From assembly GCA_046758745.1 (NCBI GenBank), contig JBHIAV010000005.1, positions 40,778 to 104,777 of the forward strand: a DNA stretch of 64,000 nt, in the 5' to 3' direction. The notes beneath the pieces are model-generated. The model had not been told where the DNA came from and ran no database searches. It saw only the letters and a program-made list of their open reading frames with translations. Positions 41,371 through 52,694 of this stretch are shown piece after piece. Numbering within the stretch: the stretch's first letter is position 1; the number at the start of each line of letters is the position of its first letter. The stretch comes from Gemmatimonadota bacterium. Lineage in GTDB: Bacteria; Gemmatimonadota; Gemmatimonadetes; Palauibacterales; Palauibacteraceae. The translations under genes and the position numbers were made by a program.

Positions 41371-42398
41371 GTGACGCCCCTCAGCCGCACGGCGCCACCT
41401 CCGTCCACCAGCTCTCCGCAGCGAAAGGCCTCACACCCGGATCGGCGGACGCTCTCGATGACGGGGGCCTCGTGCTCGGGCCGCACCACCGCGATCATCC
41501 CCACGCCCATGTTGAGGGTGCGGTACAGCTCCTCCGCCGTGGCCCCACTCTTGAGCGCGAGGAAGCGGAAGACCGGTCCCGGCTCCCACGCGGCAGGGTC
41601 CACGACGGCATCCAGGGAAGCCGGGAGGAGCCGGCCCAGGTTGCCTGGGATCCCCCCGCCCGTGACATGCGCCAGCCCACGCACCCAGCCGGCGGCACAG
41701 GCTTCTCGAAGCGGTTCCAGATACGAGCGGTGCATCCGGAGGAGCACATCGGCGACCGACTCCCCCGTGCCAGGCCACTCCTCGGCGAGCGACATCCCGA
41801 GGCGCTCGAAGAGCAGGCCGCGCGCGAAGCTGTAGCCGTTGGTGTGGAGGCCGCTGGACGCGAGGCCGATCAGCCGGTCTCCGGCCGCCAGCTGCCGCCG
41901 CGCGACGATCGGATATGTCGTGCGGCCAACGATGAAGCCCGCGAGGTCGTATTCGCCTGGTCGATACACGCCCGGCATCTCCGCTGTCTCCCCTCCCAGG
42001 AGGGCGAGCCCGTTGCACCGGCAGCCACGCGCCACCCCCTCCACCACCGCCTCCGCCGTATCCGGCTCAAGCATCCCGAAGGCGAGATAGTCCAGGAAGA
42101 ACAGCGGCACGGCCCCCTCGCACAGGATGTCGTTCACGCAGTGATTCACCAGGTCCTCGCCCACCGTGTCGTGACGCCCGGCCCGGATGGCCACCAGGAG
42201 CTTGGTTCCCACGCCATCCGCGCTCGCCACGAGCTCGGCCTCACCGGAGATGCGAAACCGCCCGCCGAAGGAGCCGCACGCCACCTCCACGCCCCGCGTC
42301 CGCGTGGAATCCACCAGCCTCGCGAGACGCGCCTTGAGCGCATCGGCGGCCTCGAGGTCGACTCCGGCCTCCCGATAGCTGTACGGCCCCGCCCTCAC
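41367..42398 (-). CDS. purM: Phosphoribosylformylglycinamidine cyclo-ligase (AIR synthase)
   Basis: YREAGVD, DGVGTK, CVND, GGETAEMPG, SSGLHTNG, HVTGGG, LNMGVG. Confidence 0.96.
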   Translation of the reverse strand: MRAGPYSYREAGVDLEAADALKARLARLVDSTRTRGVEVACGSFGGRFRISGEAELVASADGVGTKLLVAIRAGRHDTVGEDLVNHCVNDILCEGAVPLFFLDYLAFGMLEPDTAEAVVEGVARGCRCNGLALLGGETAEMPGVYRPGEYDLAGFIVGRTTYPIVARRQLAAGDRLIGLASSGLHTNGYSFARGLLFERLGMSLAEEWPGTGESVADVLLRMHRSYLEPLREACAAGWVRGLAHVTGGGIPGNLGRLLPASLDAVVDPAAWEPGPVFRFLALKSGATAEELYRTLNMGVGMIAVVRPEHEAPVIESVRRSGCEAFRCGELVDGGGAVRLRGVT

Positions 42399-43321
42399 CA
42401 TCCGACGGGCGCCGGGTACTCGAAGCGCGTCATCTCGCGGAACCGCTGCACGCGCTCGCCGACCTCTTCCCCCGTGAGGTCGATGAATCTCTCGGGGCCG
42501 AACGCCTCGCAGGCGAAGGAACCGAGCGCACACCCGTACACGATCGCCCGCTTCATCTCCTCGAAGTGCAGACTCCCCGCCCGCGCCACGTGACCCAGCA
42601 GGCCACCGGCGAAGGCATCGCCGGCGCCGGTGGGATCGAACACGTCCTCCAGCGGATAGCCCGGGGCGAAGAAGATCCCCTCACGAGAGAAGAGGATCGC
42701 GCCGTGCTCCCCCTTCTTGATCACGACGTAGGTCGGGCCACGCTCGTGGATCCAGCGGGCCGCTTGGGCGAGGCTGTAGCTCCCGGACAGCTCGCGCGCC
42801 TCCGCGTCGTTGACCAGGAGCATGTCGATGCGGCCGAGCAGCTCGATGAGCGCCTTGCGCTCCCCCTCGATCCAGTAGTTCATCGTGTCGCACGCCACAA
42901 ACTCCGGACGCTGGACCTGCTCGAGCACCTCGAGCTGCAAGCCGGGATGGATGTTCCCGAGGAAGATCCACCTGGCGTCCCGGAAGCCGCGCGGGATGGT
43001 CGGCTGGAAGTCGGCGAACACTCCCAGCTCCGTGGACAGCGTCTCACGGCTGTTGAGGTCGTAACCGTACACAGCGCTCCACCGGAAGCTCCGACCGGAG
43101 CGGCACTCGAGGCCCGCCAGATCGACGCCCCGCTGCACCAGGAAGTCGAGGGCGTCGAGCGGGTAGTCCTCTCCCACCACCCCAACGAGACGGATCGGAG
43201 TGAAAAGGGACGCCGCCGCGCTGAAGAAGACGGCTGAGCCGCCCAGGGTATCGGTGACCCGACCGAACGGGGTCTCCACGGAATCGAGGGCGACGCTCCC
43301 GACCACCAGGATCCCGCTCAT
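42395..43321 (-). CDS. PfkB-family carbohydrate/nucleoside kinase
   Basis: VVGSVALD.VETPFG, LGGSA, DTMNYWI, DPTGAGDAFAGG. Confidence 0.9.
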   Translation of the reverse strand: MSGILVVGSVALDSVETPFGRVTDTLGGSAVFFSAAASLFTPIRLVGVVGEDYPLDALDFLVQRGVDLAGLECRSGRSFRWSAVYGYDLNSRETLSTELGVFADFQPTIPRGFRDARWIFLGNIHPGLQLEVLEQVQRPEFVACDTMNYWIEGERKALIELLGRIDMLLVNDAEARELSGSYSLAQAARWIHERGPTYVVIKKGEHGAILFSREGIFFAPGYPLEDVFDPTGAGDAFAGGLLGHVARAGSLHFEEMKRAIVYGCALGSFACEAFGPERFIDLTGEEVGERVQRFREMTRFEYPAPVGW

Positions 43322-45018
43322 CCTCGGTCTCCTTCCCGGATCATCCGCTGTGGAGCGCGGAGCCCGAGGAGCCTCAAGCCATTGCGCAGCGTGATCTGTA
43401 CGGCTCGGGCGAGCGCCAGACGTGCCGGGCGCGTCGGGCCCTCGGCGAGCACCCTGCGAGCCGGATCCATGTTCCCTTCGTGGTACCAGGAGTTCACCGC
43501 GCCCGCGAGCTCCTCGAGATATCCGCACACCTGGTACGGAGCTCGCGCGTCGGCCGCCCCGCGTACTACCTCCGGGAAGCGGAGCAGGATCTTCGTCACT
43601 TCACGCTCGGATTCGCCGTCCAGGCGAGCCAGCACCTCTGGATCCGCCGTGACGGCGGCAGGCTCCACCCTTCCCTTGCCGAACACGCTGCACATCCGGG
43701 CGTGCGCGTATTGCACTTTGTAGACGGGATTCGCCTCGGACGTGTCGAGCGCCAGGTCGAGGTCGAAGTTCAGTGGCGCCTCCGAGCGGCGCATGAGGAA
43801 GAAGTAGCGCGCCACGTCCCTGCCGGTCTCCTCGAACAGCTCCCGGAGCGGCACGAACTCCCCGGCGCGTTTGCTCATCCTCACCTCCTCGCCTCCGCGG
43901 AACACGGTGACGAGCTGGATGAGGACCACTTCGAGGAAGTCCGACGGCGCGCCGAGCGCCTGCAGCGCGGCCCGCATACGGGGGACGTGGCCGTGATGGT
44001 CGGCCCCCCACACGTCGATCGCCAGGTCATACCCCCGTTCCAGCTTGTCGAGGTGATACGCGATGTCCGTGAGGAAGTAGGTATGCGAGCCGTCGCTCTT
44101 CACCAGGACACGATCCTTCTCGTCGCCGAAGCGGCTCGTCCGCAGCCACACCGCGCCTCCGTCCCGGTACGCATGGTCGGCCGTTTGGAGTCGCTCGAGG
44201 AGCGCCGAGAGGCGACTCTGCCCGGCGAAGGCGCTCTCCTCGCTGAACCGGTCCATGCACACGCCGAACGCCTCAAGATCCTCCGCCTGCTCCTCCCGCA
44301 GGATCGCGCTGGCCCGTCTCGCGAACAAGCGGGTGCGCTTCTCCGCGGAGAGGGCATCGAGCTGCGACGCCCCCTCCTCCGCGGCGATGCGTCGCGCCAG
44401 CTCCGTCACGTACCCGCCGTGATACCCGCTCTCGGGGACCTCGGCACCTCCACCGCGCTCCTGCCGGTAGCGAGCCTCCACCGACTCCCCGAGCAAATCG
44501 ATCTGGCGTCCGGCGTCGTTCACGTAGAATTCGCGCGTCACCGTGCAGCCGGTCCACTCGAGCAGCGAGGCCACCGCGTCTCCGACCGCCGCCCCCCGAC
44601 CATGCGCCACGTGGAGCGGACCCGTGGGGTTCGTGGACACAAACTCCACGTTGACCCTGCGCGAGTCGGAGTCGCTCCGACCCCACGCGCGGTCCGCGGC
44701 GAGGATCCCTCGCAGCCCCTCCCACAGGAGAGAGTCGTCGAGGCGAAAGTTCAGGAAGCCGGGCCCCGCCACCTCGACGGCCGACAGGCCGGCCGCAGCG
44801 GGGTCGATGGTCCGGGCGATTCGGTGCGCCAGCTCCCGCGGCGGGAGCTTCAACCGACCTGCCAGCACGAGCGCCGCGTTCGAGGCCAGGTCGCCGTGGC
44901 GCGGGTCGGGCGGACGCTCGAGGGTGGGCTCGAAGTCGGGAGGCCCACCCGCCTCGCGGACCGCACGACGGAGCTCCGTCGCAAGGGCCGCGGCCGGGCC
45001 GGCGAGGGTCTCAATCAT
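43318..45018 (-). CDS. argS: Arginine--tRNA ligase
   Basis: GPGFLNF, VEFVSTNPTGPLHVAHGR, GADHHG, RMSKRAG, QYAHAR. Confidence 0.97.
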   Translation of the reverse strand: MIETLAGPAAALATELRRAVREAGGPPDFEPTLERPPDPRHGDLASNAALVLAGRLKLPPRELAHRIARTIDPAAAGLSAVEVAGPGFLNFRLDDSLLWEGLRGILAADRAWGRSDSDSRRVNVEFVSTNPTGPLHVAHGRGAAVGDAVASLLEWTGCTVTREFYVNDAGRQIDLLGESVEARYRQERGGGAEVPESGYHGGYVTELARRIAAEEGASQLDALSAEKRTRLFARRASAILREEQAEDLEAFGVCMDRFSEESAFAGQSRLSALLERLQTADHAYRDGGAVWLRTSRFGDEKDRVLVKSDGSHTYFLTDIAYHLDKLERGYDLAIDVWGADHHGHVPRMRAALQALGAPSDFLEVVLIQLVTVFRGGEEVRMSKRAGEFVPLRELFEETGRDVARYFFLMRRSEAPLNFDLDLALDTSEANPVYKVQYAHARMCSVFGKGRVEPAAVTADPEVLARLDGESEREVTKILLRFPEVVRGAADARAPYQVCGYLEELAGAVNSWYHEGNMDPARRVLAEGPTRPARLALARAVQITLRNGLRLLGLRAPQRMIREGDRG

Positions 45019-45325
45019 CGGCGGCGGCCGACCCTTTCTTCCTCGCCCCTTTCTCCGCTCCCTCTCCCGTCTCTCCCGTCGCCTTCTTCCCGCCTGCCGC
45101 CGAATCATCACCCTCGCGGCCGCTCTTCCCCGAGGGCGCAGGGCTCTTGTAGTCCGTCGCGTAGAACCCCGGCCCCTTGAAGACGAGGCCGCCCCCGGTC
45201 GAGATCAGCCGCTCCACCCGGCGCTTCCCGCATTCGGGACAGCTCCGGATCGGCGGCTCGCTGATCCGCTGAAAGCGCTCGAATGCGTGCCCGCATGATC
45301 TGCACCGGTATTCGTACGTCGGCAT
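45011..45325 (-). CDS. FmdB-family zinc-ribbon protein
   Basis: MPTYEYRCRSCG...CPECG...FKGPGFYATDY. Confidence 0.9.
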   Translation of the reverse strand: MPTYEYRCRSCGHAFERFQRISEPPIRSCPECGKRRVERLISTGGGLVFKGPGFYATDYKSPAPSGKSGREGDDSAAGGKKATGETGEGAEKGARKKGSAAADD

Positions 45326-45443
45326 CCGCTTCCCCTGTTCGCTTCGTCGCTCGCCCGCCGGCCGCGCGAGACTTCCCGGACCGGGGGCAGTCGCAATCTG
45401 AGACGGGCGGCCGATGCCTTCAACGCCGCGTCCCGTGCCGCCC

Positions 45444-47060
45444 TCACGCAGGGGAGTACTCGCCCCACCTCTCGCGCAACGTGCCGCTGATCTCCCCCAG
45501 AGTAGCCCGCGCCTCCACGGCCCGGATGATGGGCGGCAGGAGGTTCTCCGTCGAAGCGGCCGCTCGGTCCACATCCGCGAGCGCCTCCCGCACGACGGCC
45601 TCGTCCCGGCTCGCCTTCACGGCCGCGAGCCGCCGGGCCTGTTCGGCCGCCAGGGCCTCGAAGTCCGGTCGGGTGGTCTGGGGCTCCGGCTCCTGCTCGC
45701 GAAACGCGTTCACCCCGACCACGACCTCCTCCCCATCCTCCAGGCGCCGCTGGTATCCGTACGCGGCCCGGTGGATCTCGTCCGCCATGAACGAGATGGC
45801 GGTGGAGGCCCCACCCAGCTCCCCCACTCGGTCTAGGTACTCGCGCGCTCCGGCCTCCAGGCCGGCGGTCAGATGCTCCACGTAATAGGAGCCGGCCAGT
45901 GGATCCACCGTGTCCGTCACCCCGGATTCGAACGCGAGGATCTGCTGCGTGCGCAGGGCGAGGCGGGCCGCCTCGGCCGTCGGGAGGGAGAGCGCTTCAT
46001 CGTACCCGTTCGTGTGGAGCGACTGCGTGCCGCCGAGCACCGCAGCCAGGGCCTGTACGGTCACACGCACGATGTTGTTTCGAGGCTGCTGGGCGGCCAG
46101 CGTCGACCCCGCCGTTTGGGTGTGGAAGCGCAGACGGCAGCTCGTGTCAGAAGCGCCGAAACGCTCGCGCATGAGCCGCGCCCACAGCCTGCGCGCGGCC
46201 CGGAACTTCGCCACCTCTTCGAACAGATTGTTGTGCGCGGCGAAGAAGAAGCTGAGGCGCGGCGCGAACTCCTCCAACTCCAATCCCGCGTCTCTCGCGC
46301 GCTCGACGTACTCGAGGGCGTTCGCGAGCGTGAACGCCACCTCTTGGACCGCCGACGCGCCGGCCTCCCGCATGTGATAGCCGCTGATCGAGATGCTGTT
46401 CCAGCGAGGGAGTCGGGTGGCGCAAAAGGCGAAGATGTCGGTCACCAGACGAAGGCTCGGCTCCACCGGATAGATGAACGTGCCGCGAGCGATGAACTCC
46501 TTGAGGATGTCGTTCTGTACCGTGCCGCTAAGACGATCGCGCGGGATGCCCAGGCCATCGGCCACCGCGACGTACATGGCCAGCAGGATCGCCGCGGTGG
46601 AGTTGATAGTCATCGACGTCGAAACGCGCTCCAGGGGCACGTCGCGCAGGAGGATGAGCATGTCGTCCAGCGTATCGATTGCCACGCCCACCCGCCCCAC
46701 CTCCCCCTCGGCCCGGGGATCGTCCGAGTCGAGCCCCATCTGCGTCGGCAGATCGAACGCCACCGAGAGGCCGGTCTGTCCGAACTCCAGCAGGTAGTGG
46801 AAGCGCCGGTTCGTTTCCTCCGCCGTCCCGAACCCGGCGTACTGTCGCATCGTCCACACGCGCCCCCGGTACATGGTCGGGTAGACGCCCCGCGTGAAAG
46901 GATAGCGGCCCGGCAATCCGAGCTCGGCTTCGACGCCGGGGGGAAGATCCGCCGCCGTGTAGACGGGGGCGACTTCCATTCCGGAGGTGGTCACGGGAAG
47001 CCGATGGGCATCCGCGTCCGGAAGTCTGCCGCGGTTCGCCCCGGCTCCGGCGGCCGCCAC
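45444..47060 (-). CDS. Methylmalonyl-CoA mutase, substrate-binding (large) subunit without B12-binding domain
   Basis: [52 protein letters not shown]; ends at TLGEI...WGEY with no DxHxxG domain. Confidence 0.93.
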   Translation of the reverse strand: MAAAGAGANRGRLPDADAHRLPVTTSGMEVAPVYTAADLPPGVEAELGLPGRYPFTRGVYPTMYRGRVWTMRQYAGFGTAEETNRRFHYLLEFGQTGLSVAFDLPTQMGLDSDDPRAEGEVGRVGVAIDTLDDMLILLRDVPLERVSTSMTINSTAAILLAMYVAVADGLGIPRDRLSGTVQNDILKEFIARGTFIYPVEPSLRLVTDIFAFCATRLPRWNSISISGYHMREAGASAVQEVAFTLANALEYVERARDAGLELEEFAPRLSFFFAAHNNLFEEVAKFRAARRLWARLMRERFGASDTSCRLRFHTQTAGSTLAAQQPRNNIVRVTVQALAAVLGGTQSLHTNGYDEALSLPTAEAARLALRTQQILAFESGVTDTVDPLAGSYYVEHLTAGLEAGAREYLDRVGELGGASTAISFMADEIHRAAYGYQRRLEDGEEVVVGVNAFREQEPEPQTTRPDFEALAAEQARRLAAVKASRDEAVVREALADVDRAAASTENLLPPIIRAVEARATLGEISGTLRERWGEYSPA

Positions 47061-47554
47061 TATTTGAACCTCACCAGCACGTCGTCCCGATCGACCGCCT
47101 GGCCCTCCCGCACTTCCACCGCGGCGATCGTTCCGTTCCCCACGGATTTCAGCTCGTTCTCCATCTTCATCGCCTCCATCACGACGAGCGGGGTACCTGC
47201 CTCGACGCGTTGTCCGGGCTTCACCTCCACGCGGACGATGAGGCCGGGCATGGGGGCGCGGAGGGCGCCGGCCGACTTCGAAGCGCCCGGGTCGCTCGCC
47301 AGCTCGCGTATCGCACGGGTGCGCTCGTCCTCAACCCGCACCCGGTAGCTCCGCCCCTCGACATCGATCAGCCATCCGTCGGCTGTGCGACGCGCCAGGA
47401 CCCTGAAGCCACGGTCGCCCAGCCGCAGGTGTCGAACCGCGGTGCCCGGAAGGGCGGCGATCTCCGCCGGGACGAGGCGGCCTTCCATCTCCAGCCCAGC
47501 CTCGGTGAGCCACACTTCGTGCACGGCTTCGCCGATCGTTGCCACGTACTTCAT
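47060..47554 (-). CDS. Biotin carboxyl carrier protein (acyl-CoA carboxylase)
   Basis: APMPG and the EAMKMEN biotinylation motif. Confidence 0.92.
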   Translation of the reverse strand: MKYVATIGEAVHEVWLTEAGLEMEGRLVPAEIAALPGTAVRHLRLGDRGFRVLARRTADGWLIDVEGRSYRVRVEDERTRAIRELASDPGASKSAGALRAPMPGLIVRVEVKPGQRVEAGTPLVVMEAMKMENELKSVGNGTIAAVEVREGQAVDRDDVLVRFK

Positions 47555-47591
47555 GTGCCCCTTCCCGCGCGGTCGTGCCGCGCGGTCCCGC

Positions 47592-49097
<1,506 letters not shown>

Positions 49098-49158
49098 CGC
49101 CAGCGCCCTCGAGTGGAGCGGGCCTCCCACCCACGGCGGCGCGCCGCGGCGGGATCCG

Positions 49159-50709
49159 CTACAGTGGGATGTTGCCGTGCTTGCGGGGCGGGTTCCGGTC
49201 GCGCTTGTTTTCCAGCATGTGGAGTCCGGAAATCAGGCGCGCTCGAGTCTCGCGCGGGTCGACCACGTCATCGATGTAGCCACGGGCCGCCGCCAGATAG
49301 GGGTTGGCGAACTTGGCTCGGAACTCCTCCTCCAGCTCGGCGGTTCGCGCCGGCCGGTCCACCGCCGCCTCGATCTCCCGGCGATACAGGATCTCCACCG
49401 CCCCCTTCGGTCCCATCACCGCGATCTCCGCCGTGGGCCAGGCGAGGTTGAGATCCCCCCGGATGTGCTTTGATGACATGACGTCGTACGCCCCACCGTA
49501 CGCCTTGCGCGTGATCACCGTCAGCTTCGGCACGGTGGCCTCACAGTACGCGTACAGCAGCTTCGCCCCGTGCTTGATGATACCGCCGTGCTCCTGGCCG
49601 ATACCGGGCAGGAAGCCCGGCACGTCCTCGAATGTGACGAGGGGAATATTGAACGCATCGCAGAAGCGTACGAAGCGGGCTCCCTTCAGGCTCGCAGCGA
49701 TGTCGAGCACGCCGGCGAGGACCGCCGGCTGGTTGGCTACCACGCCGACGGATCCGCCCCCCAGCGACGCGAAACCGACGATCAGGTTCTGCGCGTAATC
49801 CCGGTGTACCTCCAGGAACTCGCCGTCATCCACAACACGTCGGATGACCTCGTACATGTCGTAAGGGCGATTGGGCTCGTCCGGAACGATCTCCAGGAGC
49901 TCCTCGTCGGCGCGATCGAAGGGGTCCGCGGTCGCCAGGGTCGGGGCAGCCTGCATGTTGTTGGAGGGAAGGTAGCGCAGGAGCGCCCGAATTCCCTGCA
50001 ACGCCTCGACCTCGGAGCGGCATGCGAAGTGCGCCACGCCGGAGGTGGAAGCATGCGTCCCCGCGCCTCCCAGCTCTTCGAAGCTCACCTCCTCATGCGT
50101 GACCGTCCTCACGACGTTCGGCCCCGTAACGAACATGTGGCTGATGCCGTGCACCATGAAGATGAAGTCGGTTATCGCCGGCGAGTACACCGCACCTCCG
50201 GCGCACGGGCCCAGTATGGCACTGATCTGCGGCACGACGCCGGACGCGAGCGTGTTTCGGAGGAAGATCTCCGCGTATCCTCCGAGCGAAGCTACCCCTT
50301 CCTGGATACGAGCCCCTCCCGAGTCGTTCAGGCCGATGAGCGGCACTCCGTTGCGAAGCGCCAGGTCCAGCAGTTTACAGATCTTCTCGGCGTGCGCCTC
50401 CGAGAGCGAGCCGCCGAACACGGTGAAGTCCTGGCTGAACACATTGACGGGCCGCCCTTCCACCCTGCCGTAGCCGGTGACGACGCCGTCTCCCGGGATC
50501 TTCTCCTCCGCAAGACCGAAGTCCGAGCAGCGATGCTCGACGAAGCGGTCCAGCTCCACGAACGATCCCGGATCGAGCAGGATCTCGATGCGCTCGCGGG
50601 CGCTCAGCTTTCCTCGGGCGTGTTGACGCTCCAGCCGCTCGGTGCCACCGGCCTCCTCGCTTCTCCTCCGGCGCTCTTCGAGATCCCGAAGCTTCTCCCA
50701 TGTGCTCAC
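49159..50709 (-). CDS. pccB: Propionyl-CoA carboxylase carboxyltransferase (beta) subunit
   Basis: [51 protein letters not shown]. Confidence 0.93.
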   Translation of the reverse strand: MSTWEKLRDLEERRRRSEEAGGTERLERQHARGKLSARERIEILLDPGSFVELDRFVEHRCSDFGLAEEKIPGDGVVTGYGRVEGRPVNVFSQDFTVFGGSLSEAHAEKICKLLDLALRNGVPLIGLNDSGGARIQEGVASLGGYAEIFLRNTLASGVVPQISAILGPCAGGAVYSPAITDFIFMVHGISHMFVTGPNVVRTVTHEEVSFEELGGAGTHASTSGVAHFACRSEVEALQGIRALLRYLPSNNMQAAPTLATADPFDRADEELLEIVPDEPNRPYDMYEVIRRVVDDGEFLEVHRDYAQNLIVGFASLGGGSVGVVANQPAVLAGVLDIAASLKGARFVRFCDAFNIPLVTFEDVPGFLPGIGQEHGGIIKHGAKLLYAYCEATVPKLTVITRKAYGGAYDVMSSKHIRGDLNLAWPTAEIAVMGPKGAVEILYRREIEAAVDRPARTAELEEEFRAKFANPYLAAARGYIDDVVDPRETRARLISGLHMLENKRDRNPPRKHGNIPL

Positions 50710-50736
50710 GCCGGAATCTCCCGAGCAGTCATGGCT

Positions 50737-52623
50737 TCATGGGGACCCCTCTCCCCGCTCCCGTCGCGTCGCCCGCTCGCGTTCCTCCATCTCCTGCAGC
50801 AGCTCCCGCCTCGCCTCTTCCTGTCTGCGTGCCTCCTCCGCCCAGGCGAGGATGTCGGCCGGCTCTGCGGGGTCGAGGCGACGGCTCCGGAGGATTCGCA
50901 TCAGCGTCCGTCGTCCCACGGTCGAGGTGGTCGGGTCGGGAGAGAGTTCCCCCGTGGCCCCGGCGAGCGGGCCGCGGCGGGAGGCGGCGCGGGCCACCGA
51001 GCCGGGCGGGACCGGACCTTCCGCCGGCACGCCTTCCAAGATGAGTCGCGTCGCGTCATAGCCCAGAGCAGGAAACATGTTGTCTGGCAAAGGCTTTCTA
51101 TACGTCACCTCATACAGATTCTGGAAGCTCGACCACGCTGTCTCCAGGCTCACGCGGTCGACGTAGGTGGCCGCGATCCGGTAGTCCGCGAAGCTCGGGT
51201 CGAGTCGGCGCACCACCGCCGGGTCCGCCCAGCTCGGTCCCCCGGCCAGGATCGTCGCCCGAAGACCGTAGAACGAGAGCTGAGGTCCCAGCTGGAGGAC
51301 GGTGCGCGGACCATCCGCCGCCACGAACACGGCCTCCGGTTCTCTCTCCGCCAGGGCCGTGATCGGGCCCTCGAAGGTCGTGGAATCGGGATCGTACGCC
51401 ACGGCTGCCAGAACGCCTCCCCCGGCCGCTTCCACTCCGGCCTGAAAGGCTCGGTATTTCCCGTCTCCGCCGGGGCTGGCCGGGTACAGAACTCCCAGCT
51501 TGCGGAGGCCGAGCTCCCCGGCGATCCAGCGGCCCAGGTCCGCGGCCACCTCCGTCTCCCGACGGCTCCGTTCCCACAGTGTGTAGGCGTGGGGAAGCGG
51601 CATCCCGACGTCCGTCGCGGTGGGGCTGACGATGAGGAGCCCCTTGTACTCGCGTGCCCCGGCGGCGAGGGCAAGCCCCTCCGAGCGCACGGGACCCAGA
51701 ATCCCGGCCACGCCCTCGGCCTCCAGGGCACGGAGCAGCTGCGCGGCCACATCGACACGGGAGTTGTCATCCAGCGTGGTCAGCTCGGCCCTTCGCCGGC
51801 CCGGCGTGCGGTTGTGCTCGGCGAGGGCCAGCTCGGCCCCCTCGAGAAGGAGAACGCCGACTGCGGCGAAGCGGCCCGAGAGCGGGAGGATCGCCCCGAC
51901 GTGAACCGTGGATCGGTCGGCCGAGACCCTGCCCGCGGCCACCGAGCGAGCTGTCCGCAGCTCCTCGGGATCCGGTGCCGCTGCAAGGGCGGCGCTCGCT
52001 ACACGTGCGGCCGAGTCGGCCAGACCAGCCAGCGCCAGGGCTCGCGCGAACTCGGCCTGCACGATGGCCAGCATCGCCGGTGACGAAGAGCCGCCTTGAG
52101 CGAGCGATTCGAGCTCGGCCAGGGAGAGGCGCGCGGCCGCTCGCCGCATCAGCTCCCGACGTCTTCCGTCCTCCGCCTCCGGGTTCTCCAGCAAGATACG
52201 GATAGCCTCCGGCTCCTCGGCGACGGCGACTTTGGCCGCCGCGAGCCGCCGGGCGCCTTCCCGGCGGAGCTTCCCCTCGTCTCCGATCCCGAGTAGGTCC
52301 TCGAACCTCGCCGGCCCGCTCGACGGGCGGGCCACCGCTTCCCACAGCCGTGCCGAGAGCCATAGTGCCTGCGCCGCGGCGGGACCCGGCTCCTCCCGAA
52401 AAGTCAGGTACAGGGAATCCGCCAGCTCCGCGGCGAGGCGCGTGTATCCCGACTCGTATGCGGACCTCAGCGGGGCGATGTCCGCCGCCGCGATCGCCAA
52501 CCCGGCGGCGGGTGGTGTCGTGCCCGGGGACTCGACGCCTGGAGCAACCTCCCGGGTTCCCGCGCATGCTGCCGCGAGGATGGCCAGCCCGGTGATCTCC
52601 CACGCGGCGACTCTCCCCGACAG
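50737..52623 (-). CDS. Lipoprotein with helical N-terminus and type-1 periplasmic-binding (LppC/LpoA-like) domain
   Basis: VGAILPLSGRFA.VG, ILGP, LGYDA, GATG motifs. In-frame lipobox LAAAC (Cys codon 52566-52564) lies upstream of the first canonical start (TTG 52500); start uncertain. Confidence 0.75.
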   Translation of the reverse strand: MSGRVAAWEITGLAILAAACAGTREVAPGVESPGTTPPAAGLAIAAADIAPLRSAYESGYTRLAAELADSLYLTFREEPGPAAAQALWLSARLWEAVARPSSGPARFEDLLGIGDEGKLRREGARRLAAAKVAVAEEPEAIRILLENPEAEDGRRRELMRRAAARLSLAELESLAQGGSSSPAMLAIVQAEFARALALAGLADSAARVASAALAAAPDPEELRTARSVAAGRVSADRSTVHVGAILPLSGRFAAVGVLLLEGAELALAEHNRTPGRRRAELTTLDDNSRVDVAAQLLRALEAEGVAGILGPVRSEGLALAAGAREYKGLLIVSPTATDVGMPLPHAYTLWERSRRETEVAADLGRWIAGELGLRKLGVLYPASPGGDGKYRAFQAGVEAAGGGVLAAVAYDPDSTTFEGPITALAEREPEAVFVAADGPRTVLQLGPQLSFYGLRATILAGGPSWADPAVVRRLDPSFADYRIAATYVDRVSLETAWSSFQNLYEVTYRKPLPDNMFPALGYDATRLILEGVPAEGPVPPGSVARAASRRGPLAGATGELSPDPTTSTVGRRTLMRILRSRRLDPAEPADILAWAEEARRQEEARRELLQEMEERERATRRERGEGSP

Positions 52624-52627
52624 CCGA

Positions 52628-52656
52628 AGGGGTCCGGCGTCGCCCGCCGGACCCCT
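52628..52656. terminator. Perfect 12-bp hairpin downstream of rpsA
   Basis: AGGGGTCCGGCG-TCGCC-CGCCGGACCCCT with no clear U-tract. Confidence 0.5.
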
Positions 52657-52694
52657 CGCCCCACTACCGCGGTGCGACCGTACGGGAGCCGGCG

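Noticed and set aside
41300..41420. FMN riboswitch for the rib genes
   Set aside because: ribD overlaps the purM stop, leaving no leader, and no FMN motifs are present.
45011..45325. FmdB and other Cys-motif proteins as selenoproteins
   Set aside because: All CxxC positions are Cys codons. The TGA stops I checked fall at natural domain ends or couple to the next start codon.
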